64,000 nucleotides of DNA, from positions 480,001 through 544,000 of the forward strand of contig CAVUZH010000016.1 of the NCBI GenBank assembly GCA_963745835.1, given 5' to 3'. How positions within the stretch are numbered: position 1 is the stretch's first letter; each line of letters begins with the position of its first letter. The position numbers and the translations under genes were made by a program. This DNA is from an uncultured delta proteobacterium. Its GTDB lineage: Bacteria > Desulfobacterota > Binatia > UBA9968. Below, in pieces: positions 41,915-51,272 of the stretch. The notes beneath the pieces are model-generated. The model worked only from the letters and a program-made list of their open reading frames with translations. It was not told where the DNA came from and did no database searches.

Positions 41915-44761
41915 CCACTACGTCGACGGCGCGTTGGTTCATGCTCTGCGCGTGCCTTTCGGCTATTGGGAAGCCAAGGACGAGAAGGACGATCTCGACG
42001 ACGAGATCGAGATCAAGAAACGCCGCGGCTATCCGCAAGACAACATCATCTTCGAGGATTCAAACCGAGCGGTTTTAGTACAGGAGAAGCGAGGAGGTTT
42101 ACCGCTGCCCGGTCGATGACGTCAGAGCGCCTGGAAAAACTACTCGACCTCTTCTTTGACTAAGAGCGGACGGAGATCGCCGAGTTTCGCAAGGCCGTCG
42201 AGCAGTTCAAAACCGACCTGCCGATGGTGCTTGAAGCTCTACGCTCGATGATCGAGCCGCCCACAAACGCGAACCGCGATTTCAGGAAAGCCGCCGAGGA
42301 ATTTCTCAAGCACGCCCAGGAGGCGATCAATCCTAGCCTAACCGAAGCCGACGTGCGCGAGATGCTGATCCAGCATATCTTAACCGAGGATGTTTTCGCC
42401 GCCGTGTTTCCCGGTACGCCGACTTTCATCAGGACAACAACGTCGCCGCGAGCTTTACAAACTGGAAGCGACTTTCTTCAAGGGCGATACAAAGTACCAG
42501 ACGCTAAAGGCGCATGGCGCCATACTACGCGGCGGTCCGTTCCGCCGCCGCGCAGATCGCCACGCATCACGAGAAGCAGACGTTTCTAAAAGTCATCTAC
42601 GAAAACTTCTACAAGGTATACAGTGCCAAAGCGCGGCAAGCGGATCAGCCCACCACAAGCCGAACAGAAAGTTCGCTCCATGATGAGAGGCCGACTACTT
42701 TGGAAAAGCACGGGTGAATCCTGAAGGTCACAGACGTAGAGTTTCTGGACCCAGCCGCCGGCACCGGAACATTCGTGTGCGAAATGCTCGAACACTTCCG
42801 CGGCCAGCCTGCGAAGCTAAAGCACAAGTATTTAGGAAGAACTCCACGCCAACGAAGTTGCGATCCTGCCCTATTACGTCGCTAACCTGAACATCGAAGC
42901 GACGTACGCGGCGATCACGGGCGAGTATCTGGAATACCCCAATTTTTGCTTCGGCTCGTAACGCACGACAACACCTACGCGCTGCGCAAATACCGCGGCC
43001 ACATGGACGACCTCTTCGGTTCCCTCAGCGATGACAACGTCCGGCGCATTCGCCGCCAGAACAGCCGCAAGATCAGCGTGATCATCGGCAACCCGCCTTA
43101 CAATGCGTGGCAAGAAAACTTTAACTTTCGCAATCCGAATCGCCCATACAAAGAGATCGACAAGCGCATCAAGGAAACTTATGTCGAAAGTGGAACTGCT
43201 CAAAATCAGATCGCACTTTACGACATGTATGTGCGATTCTTTCGGTGGGCGAGCGATCGCCTAGGTGAGAATGGTATCGTCGCCTTCGTCACCAATCGAA
43301 GTTTCTTGGATAGCCATACCTTCGATGGGTTTCGAAAGATTATCGCAGGCAATTTTGCTGAAACACGGGTTATCGATCTTGGCGGTGACATCCGGGAAAA
43401 TCCAAAACTTTCCGGAACTAAGCATAATTTTTTCGGCATACAGACCGGTGTGTCATTAGTTTCTTCAGAAAGCGTGCAAAGTCAAACTGTCATATCACCA
43501 CGGCGCTGGCGACGAATCGAGGGAGATGAGAAACTCGCGGTGGTTTCTTGAAGGTTACTGGAAAATAACTCGAGTAGAGTTGATACCGACTGAAGAAGCA
43601 ACTGGATCGAGCAAGGCGATAGCGAGTTTGATAGTTTGCTGCCATTCGTTTGATCAAGATTCAAAGGAATTCAGAAATCAGACCGATCCAAAACTGATCT
43701 TTTGGATGTTTTCTTCCGGCTCTTACCAGTCAACGCGATGAATGGGTTTATGGCCTTTCTCAGCCAAACACTGGAAAGTAAGATGCGCTTCTTTGTGGAT
43801 GCTTATGAGACCGCCAGGACGCGGATCCGGTTCCGAACGGGCACCACAGAATCAAGTGGGATCCTGATTTGGAGCGTCATCGTAGATCGAGGAATTAAGA
43901 AGATGTAACACCGCTAGTACGAAGAATCGTAATTCACGACAAGATTGTGGCGCCTTTTTCTTTCGATCGCCGTTTTATTGGCAGGCAATACCAAATGCCC
44001 GCTCTTTTTCTTGACGGCGCTGCGGAAAATACTGTGATGGTTTTGAGTGATAGAGGCGCTAGATCAGGATTTAACGTCCTAGCGACTCGCTACATTCCTG
44101 AAGCACATCTATGTGCGAGTACAGATAGATTTCAGGTAGTATCTAAGTTGATCTATGAGGGTACGCCCCCGCAACCACGAAGAAAACATCAGCGACTGGG
44201 CATACAACAAGTTCTCGCACACAGTATCAGATCGCGAAGAGGAAAGGGGCGCGCTCACTAAAGCGCTCTCTTCATACTTTAATCCTGCCATTCTGTCTAC
44301 GCAAAAAAGCGCTCATATCAATATCGGAATTTCCGCGTATTCCGTTTTACAAAGACTTCTGGCAGTGGGCGGAGTGGGGCAAGGAGTTAATGGAATTGCA
44401 CATCGGCTACGAATCGGTGACGCCAGCTAAGCTGAAGCGGATCGACATGCAAGACGAGAAGGCACTCAAAGCCGGACTCCCGCAATGCAAGTAAAGCCAA
44501 AGAAGGCTGTCGGATCATCGTCGACAGCGAAACGACCTAACCGGTATCCGGCCGAAGCCGGGAATACAGAGGCAACCACTTCCCGCTCCAATATTCTCAC
44601 AGACAAAGAAAAGAAACCAAAGCCCCAACCGCCGCGAGAAGTTTAACAGGTACCGATTCGCCGATTACAAGGAAAAGGTAATCGATTTACTGAGGCGGGT
44701 GACGACGGTGAGTGTGCGGACGGTTGCAGTGGTTGAAGCGATGAGAAAAGCCGCTCGGTAA
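41915..44761 (+). pseudogene. Type ISP-related / IIG restriction-modification enzyme (nuclease-N6-MTase-TRD), decayed
   Basis: YVDG..GYWEAKD (PD-ExK), DPAAGTGTF (motif I), IIGNPPY (motif IV), DMYVRFFRWASDR, C-terminal RFADYKEKVIDLL; no 5' end, in-frame TAA at 42161, many frameshifts and deletions. Confidence 0.85.
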
Positions 44762-44838
44762 AAGAACCCACACCAAACTATCGGAGCCATTTGCGGCCAC
44801 GGCCTGGCGAGACTTTTTAAGCATAGATTCCCAACACG

Positions 44839-45480
44839 ATGGATTCTGCTCAACTCGTTCTCCTGTCATTTGCAATCGCGCTCGTTGCCTTTCTTTACTC
44901 CTCGGTAGGCCACGCGGGCGCATCGGGTTATATTGCCACGATGACGCTGGTTCGTTTAGCAGTCCTGTTAATGAAGCCAGCATTAGATCAATCAATTCTG
45001 CAGAACTTATAGTCTGGTTACGGGACGGGCTGGAGTATGTCGGCGTTGGCGGCCTCCATATTTGCTGCTAAGTCTTCTACGATCTGCGCGCGCATCTAAC
45101 TTTGGGAGGGCTTTTGCCTTCGTCCATCATTTTCATCACGTACACGCGTGAGGTCACACCGCCGGCATTGCCGACGCCCTGAGCGTCGGAGCGGGGATTG
45201 GGTTGCTATCGGGCCTGACCGGCACTGGCGGCGGCATTTTTCTAACTCCTTTGTTGCTGTTCTGCCGCTGGGCACATACACGCCCCGCTGCTGCCATTTC
45301 CGCGCTGTTCATTCTCGCTAATTCGATTGCGGGTCTAGTCGGCTATGCTTCCAGTGGTCAGCCGATTCCGCCGTTTGCGTGGACATTGGCGGTCTCGGCA
45401 GTTGCAGATGCCTCAAGCAAGGTCTCATTCGATGAAGCACCGGTTTCATCGGCATCGTATCCGTGCTGCTCGCCATATTG
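44839..45480 (+). pseudogene. TauE/SafE (TSUP) permease, interrupted
   Basis: VAFLYSSVGHAGASGYIA, then about 230 nt without recognisable TSUP sequence, then GLLSGLTGTGGGIFLTPLL..ANSIAGL. Confidence 0.8.
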
Positions 45481-45656
45481 TCCATTGAAATATCAAGACT
45501 GATTGCTGAGTATGGCCCTCGGAGCCGCCGCCGCAATAACAGGTTAGAAGATTATACTTGAGGGTATCGCGATTGACGATTGCGAGAAAGACCCCAAAAA
45601 TTCACAGAAATGAGTAGGCGACGCACTGAGTTGGGCTAACAGCCCACGGCATTGCG

Positions 45657-46203
45657 TCATGGTTGCCCAGCTGCCAACGATCGCTCGCGACGGGCCGCAA
45701 TATACACCTCTCGCGCCGCGTCCAGGTTCATGAGGAAAATCCCCAGTCCGACAAGAAGGTCGGGCCAGGCCGATAGGCTAACTATCGTTACTAGGCCGGC
45801 TCCAATGATGCCGATATTCGCGAGCGCATCGTTGCGAGCGGAAAGAAATGCAGCTCTCGTCAAGCTGCCGCTGTGGGTACGAAAACGAGCGAGAAGGCCG
45901 GCGCAGAACAGGTTTACCGATACGCTTCCAGCGAACCTCGGGTCGGAGCCGTTGGAAGCGGCGCAAAATACTTTCCGAAGCTAACTTGTAGCTAAACCCG
46001 GAGCGAGCAAAATAGCCGCGAGCGCCATACCGACCAATGAACGTCGATGAGGATTCCAGTTCAGAGCGATGAGAATGAGACCGTTGACCGCCGCATCCTC
46101 GAGGAAGTCTATGGAGTCGGCGAAGAGTGAGACGGAGCCAATCGCCAGAGCCACCCCGATACTCACGCCGCTTCAAATAGCCTTGGTTCAGCGTAATTGC
46201 CAT
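45657..46203 (-). pseudogene. Short CDF-like cation efflux protein, frameshifted
   Basis: AIGSVSLFADSIDFLEDA.VN and SLTRAAFLSARNDALAN..WPDLLVG in different frames. Confidence 0.75.
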
Positions 46204-46302
46204 GATACCCGCAGGCTAACAGCGTCGTGAGACAATAGCGGTATTTTCATTCAACACTCTCCATTAATACTTTCAGTTGGCTTGCGAAGGCCGGGGTTTT
46301 AG

Positions 46303-46638
46303 TTATCTTGGCCAATACATCATGATGCCGACGCCGAGTAAGCTCACCGTGCCGCCGATCAAATCCAAGTGGTCGGGCTTATTTCCATCCAAGACCCAAC
46401 CCCACAGGAGAGACAACACAATGAAAAAGCCACCGTATGCGGCATAAACGCGGCCGAAGTGGGCTGCTTGGAAAGTCGGAACTACACCGTAAAGAACCAA
46501 GAGCACTGCCCCAAATAAACCCCAGCTCCAAGGCCGAGACTCTTTCAGCCACTGCCAGACCATCCATCCTCCCGCAATCTCGCATAAGCCAGCCAAGATG
46601 AATAAGCCCAGGGAAAAACCTATCGCAGATGCCAACAT
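46303..46638 (-). CDS. ynfA: YnfA (UPF0060) SMR-like membrane protein
   Basis: LAGLCEIAGG, FGRVYAAYGGFFI..W..DG.KPD; GGAGGGG RBS. Confidence 0.92.
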   Translation of the reverse strand: MLASAIGFSLGLFILAGLCEIAGGWMVWQWLKESRPWSWGLFGAVLLVLYGVVPTFQAAHFGRVYAAYGGFFIVLSLLWGWVLDGNKPDHLDLIGGTVSLLGVGIMMYWPR

Positions 46639-46670
46639 TTGACCCCTCCGTGAGTTGCAATGCGAGCGGA

Positions 46671-46916
46671 TCAAGTACGTTCCCGTCGGGCAGTTAGTTC
46701 CTCAAGCCGCTTGCGATCGAAGCCAATGACAACCTCGCGGTCGATGACAATCACCGGCGTCGTCATGGTACCTAGCCGTTCAAGCTCATCAACTGCCGCC
46801 GGATCTTTTGTTATGTCCTTCTCTTCGAAAGCAACACCCCGTTGCGAAAGGAACTCCTTCGCCCTGTTACAGAAGAGTCAGCCCGGCTGGCTATAGACCA
46901 TCACTCTTTTAGCCAT
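46671..46916 (-). CDS. Selenocysteine-containing glutaredoxin/NrdH-redoxin (UxxC), 81 aa; not in the ORF track
   Basis: AAGGAG RBS; MAKRVMVYSQPG-TGA-LFCNRAKEFLSQRGVAFEEKDI...TTPVIVID..VIGFD; the in-frame TGA (46878-46880) sits at the first Cys of CxxC. Confidence 0.88.
46844..46862 (-). promoter_or_regulatory. Putative bacterial SECIS hairpin
   Basis: GCGAAGG-AGUU-CC(U)UUCGC stem-loop; apical loop 22 nt after the UGA, with GU in the loop. Confidence 0.6.
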
Positions 46917-47025
46917 TGCAGTACTCCTTGCTAGAAGCGTCGATAGGTTAAGAAACCATTGTTAGTGAGTCTATTGATATACGGAAAAAGGTCATCTCAC
47001 GACCAGATTAAGAACCTACGCCTGC

Positions 47026-47655
47026 TTACAGCGCGGCTGGTTCGGCCTCAATCAAATGAAATACTCCGAAGAAGTTTCGCCGCGCACTAACTACTTTCAA
47101 GCCCGCCTGTGCAGCGAGCTCAAGTGGTTCGCGGTTCCAGTGACAGCCAGCCGGCTTGGCAAATTTATCTGCATGCCGATCCTGCCAACGTCCAAGCCGT
47201 TCACGGTCGCTGCGGCCATGCTCCAGTAAAAGGATCTTCCCATCCGTTCGACAAACGCGCGCCATTTCCCGAAAGGCATTCGCCGGATTCGGAAACGTGC
47301 AGGCGCTAAGCGAGGAAACAATGGTATCAAAGCAGTGATCGCGAAACGGCAGATATTCCGCGTCCGCTAGAGAGAAGGAAACATCCATGGATAATTTTGC
47401 GGCTCGTGTTCGGGCGACGTTTAACATCTCGCTGCTAATATCCATGGCGGTAATTTGGCAACCACGAGGGTAGTCGGGAAAGTTCTTCCCGGTACCTACG
47501 GCAACTTCTAGCACTCTTCCCGACGCACGCTCCAGCAAGCTGCGGCGAAGGCTCCTCACTCCCAGCAGGTCTGGAATGCCTTCAACCCAGTCGTACCAAC
47601 GAGCGAAATGATCGTATTTCTCAGATATCTCTCGTGATGCAAATTCTACAGCCAT
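47026..47655 (-). CDS. Class I SAM-dependent methyltransferase (UbiE/PmtA-like)
   Basis: VLEVAVGTG, DISSEML, DAEYLPF..FDTIV, LLLEHGRS, GCHWNR. Confidence 0.9.
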   Translation of the reverse strand: MAVEFASREISEKYDHFARWYDWVEGIPDLLGVRSLRRSLLERASGRVLEVAVGTGKNFPDYPRGCQITAMDISSEMLNVARTRAAKLSMDVSFSLADAEYLPFRDHCFDTIVSSLSACTFPNPANAFREMARVCRTDGKILLLEHGRSDRERLGRWQDRHADKFAKPAGCHWNREPLELAAQAGLKVVSARRNFFGVFHLIEAEPAAL

Positions 47656-47692
47656 CTAAGATGCTGCATGATTTTTAATGTTCGGGCGCCGG

Positions 47693-47941
47693 TTACTTCT
47701 TGTCGGTCATCATCCGCATCATGAGATACATGCCGAGCGGACAAGCCAACAGCGCGACAATGCTGAGCCAACCGCTTCCCACAGCATCGTATGAACCAAA
47801 AGTGAAACCAAGAAAAGGGATAGCAGACAAGACAAGGAGCGGAGCGGCGCAGCATATGGCCATCATGAGCATCCCTTTGAGCGTCGTTTTCTTTTGCGCT
47901 GGAGCTGTGTCAGGCGCCTCAACTGTCACCCTCTTATACAA
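47693..47941 (-). CDS. Small Cys/Met-rich membrane protein (DUF2933/MerF-like)
   Basis: MLMMAICCAAPLL..LLACPLGMYLMMRMM; start uncertain. Confidence 0.7.
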   Translation of the reverse strand: MYKRVTVEAPDTAPAQKKTTLKGMLMMAICCAAPLLVLSAIPFLGFTFGSYDAVGSGWLSIVALLACPLGMYLMMRMMTDKK

Positions 47942-48001
47942 ACCTATTCGGGCTGCTGGTCGCAGACGCTGCTACGTGAGATATATTTCAGGCGATATAA
48001 C

Positions 48002-50243
48002 CTAAGCAATTCGCGTATCCCACAGAACCGGCTCGCCACCCAAACTCGGGCTATACAAATCCACCTGCAGCTGCGTGGCGCAACCCGGGCATGCGTAGAT
48101 GTGGTATTCGCCGATGTAACGCTCCCCCGTCGGCAGCGGCGGCATGGAGTCGTTGAGATCCAAAATGCGATGGAGCGCGTAATGTTTGTAGTTTTCATCG
48201 GCCTTGCAGTAGAGATGACCGCAGCGGCTGCATCGAATGGCTTTTTTCTTGCCGTTGCCGATAATCTCCAAAGCCGCATGAAAGCGCAGCAGTTGTCGTG
48301 AGTCACTACTAACGGCAGCGGCTTGATCGCTGGAGTTCTGCGAGATGGGCGCGCCTTGCGTTGCGTGCTTCGCGAATTCGGCGGCGGCAATCTTCGCTGG
48401 CGGCGCTGTCGACAGCCTTGCCGTTGTCGGCGAAGACAACGCCGTAAATTCTTTCCGCAATCTCCCGGCTCACCCAGCCGTAGCCGAAGTCTTTCAAGAC
48501 GGCGCCTGGATCCCGATCAATGGGATCGCCAAATCCACCACCCCCGGCGACATAGTCGACCAACAAAGTGCCTTCCGGCAACGGCACTCGCTCGGGCACG
48601 CCCGCCGGTAAGATTGATTTGCCCCACTTCCCCGCGCGCATCGCGCCCACCGTGGGATATTCGCCTGCTTTGACCCGGCCGAGCATTTCGAGACCGGCTT
48701 CGATCATCACCCGGGTTGCGCCGATGCCGGTAGGATAACCGCCGGCAAGACCAAAGCCACCCTGAGCGACGCCGCCATAGGGTTTGTAATCGACGCTGCA
48801 ATCTTTCGAACCATAGATCAGATAGATGCGATAGCTGCCGAGGCCGCCGCGGTACTGCCCAAAGCCGCTGCCGTCCGGGTTGTGCGAGCGGGTGAAATAA
48901 AGAAACGGATACTGCATTTCGATGCGCTCGATGTCCGATATGCCGGCCGATGGAATATTCATATGCCCGCCGGTATTGACACCGTCACCATGCGGCCTGG
49001 CGCCCATTCCCGCTCCATGAATGTCGTAGAGTCCTTGAGCAACGGCGATGCCTTCGCGCGTGTGGCCGCCGTAGAAGTATCCAGGGCCGCCGACAAATTC
49101 CAAATTTCCCGTGGTCGATGCGTTGACGTCGTCGTAGCGGCCGGAAGCGTAGATCATTTTTGCTACCGCCTCGCATACCGTCGACACGAGCACGTTGCCG
49201 ATGCGCGGGCCGGCGCCGCAGGCCGCAGGATATTTGCAATTGAGAATGGATCCTTCCGGCACATGGACCTTGACCGGACGCATCTTGCCATCGCTCCAGG
49301 GCACGTCCCAGAAAAGAGTATTGGTCAGCGCCAGCGCCAGATGAGCCACCGTGCTGGGCAAGGTCGAATTGTGGTCGGTATCGGTCTGCGGGCTCGTGCC
49401 GGTGAAGTCAAAAAGCAACTCGTCGCGCTTCTTGGTCATCGTGCAGTAGAGTTGTTGCGCCACCGATTTGCGCGTCTTGCGATCCAAGGTAGTGACGTAT
49501 TGCCGGGTCACCCAGGTGCCGTCGGGCATCGATCTAAGTTTTGCGCGCGCCTTGCTCTCGGAATCGGCAATCATTTTTTCGCCGGCCAACTGCACGAACT
49601 TGAGCCCGAATTTTTCCACCAAGCCCAGATATCGTTTGGCGCAGATATTATTCCCCGCGATCATCGCCTTGAGATCCAGGCCTACGTACTGGGGATCACG
49701 GCACTGCCCCGTCAGAGTTTGAAACACATCCTCGCGGAATTCATTCTTCTCGACGATTTTCAATCCCGGTATGCAAATACCCTCGTGGAAGATCTCGTAG
49801 GCGCCGCCGCGGAGTACGCCGCCCGTGTCGGCGGTGTGCGTGCTGGTCGCCGTCCAGCCGATCAACTCGCCGCGGAAGAAAATCGGTTTGACAATCATCA
49901 TGTCGTAAGTGTGCGAGCCGGCGACATACGGATCGTTGAAAAAAAACTGGTCGCCATCGTGAAAGCCAGGAGTTTTGCTGAAGCGCTGCATCAGATTGCG
50001 GATAGCATCCGAAGTGGCGGCGGCAAAGCGCAGGTGACCCGAGCAGGCAAGAACCATCGTGCCGGTCTCGTCATAGAAGGAGCTCATGCACTCGCCTCCT
50101 TGAGAGACAATCGGCGAGGCGGTCACTCGTTGCAGGGTCATGCGTCCTTCTTCACCGATGGCCCAGAGGCGATGGAGAAACATTTCATAGCGAATCGGAT
50201 CGATGGTCTGTCTTTGTTTTCTCATTTTGGCTCCTGAGTTCAT
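48002..50243 (-). CDS. Hydantoinase B/oxoprolinase subunit with probable fused acetone-carboxylase gamma-like domain (frameshift near 48360)
   Basis: NDPYVAGSHTYD, HTADTGG, EIFHEG, GQYRGG, GGGGFGDP.DRD; downstream frame carries CSRCGH...ENYK...CPGCATQLQVD. Confidence 0.85.
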
Positions 50244-51253
50244 TTCTTCGGAATGTCAGCGCTGGTTTTGACCAATTCGTCGAGGAGGGAATTATCGACA
50301 AAATCTTTGGGGTGAGCTTGCTTAGCTTTTGGTTCTTTTTCCGCCAGAAAGTCCAGTGTCGATTGAATGCCTTCCAGTGTCGGATACGGCGGCGCCCTGA
50401 ACAGAGGCGCCGCGGCGTTATAGCTGTACTCCAACACGTCGCTGTCGGTGGTCCGCATATGTTTCGAGATTGTTTTCATGGTGAAAGCCTTGTCGGCTTT
50501 GATGCGTTCGATAGCGACGACGTAGGCTCGCAATACCTTAACCAGAGTGGCACGGTTCCGTTCGATATATCTGCGCGTGGTCGCGAGTGTGGTGTGTTGA
50601 AACGAAATTCCGGCCTGTGGCAGGTATGATAATTCTTTAAACCCCGCCTTGATCGCCACCATGTTGGTCGGTGGCGAAAGAATACCCGCATCAATGGCTT
50701 TTGCCTGGAGCGCTCCCAGAATTTCTGGCACACCGCGCATCTGTAGTAAATTGATTTCGGTGTCGGCCTTGAGTCCCCACTTCTTGAGCGCTAGCCGCAG
50801 GGCTAGGTCGGTAGCCGAGCCGAAAGTGGTGATGCCGATGCGCTTGCCGCGAAGATCTTCCATTTTGTTGATACTAGCAGTGCTAACGATGGAGAAAACC
50901 GGTTGGTTCACTAGCCCGGCGATGATAACAGCATCCGCGCCGGTAAAGCGCGCCGAGAGTACCGGTGCGCTATAGACCTGAACGATGTGCACGTCACCGC
51001 CGATCAGGGCGGAAAAAGTCTGCGGCCCGCCGCGAATGTAAATCTGCTCAACGGGCACGCCCTCGCGCGTAAAATAACCGCCGTCCTGGGCCACCCAGGT
51101 GGGCAATGTCGCGATGCTTGCCGCGCCCACCGCGATGCGTAGCGGCTCGGCGACTGAGGCCGAGCAGAGCACCATCATAAAGGCGCAGGTATGGACAAAA
51201 ACGCAGAGCGCTCGCTGCATCATCTGACGGTCCTCCTTTTGCCCTTGCTCCAT
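50240..51253 (-). CDS. ABC substrate-binding protein, NMT1/THI5/TauA-like
   Basis: WVAQD.GYF.REG, DLRGKRIGITTFGSATD, PYPTLEGIQ, FVDNSLLDEL. Confidence 0.9.
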   Translation of the reverse strand: MEQGQKEDRQMMQRALCVFVHTCAFMMVLCSASVAEPLRIAVGAASIATLPTWVAQDGGYFTREGVPVEQIYIRGGPQTFSALIGGDVHIVQVYSAPVLSARFTGADAVIIAGLVNQPVFSIVSTASINKMEDLRGKRIGITTFGSATDLALRLALKKWGLKADTEINLLQMRGVPEILGALQAKAIDAGILSPPTNMVAIKAGFKELSYLPQAGISFQHTTLATTRRYIERNRATLVKVLRAYVVAIERIKADKAFTMKTISKHMRTTDSDVLEYSYNAAAPLFRAPPYPTLEGIQSTLDFLAEKEPKAKQAHPKDFVDNSLLDELVKTSADIPKK

Positions 51254-51272
51254 CGTTCAACTGCTCGGCGTC

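Noticed and set aside
47026-47655. arsM (arsenite methyltransferase)
   Set aside because: It lacks the ArsM N-terminal Cys / GCG.P and SNCV signatures.
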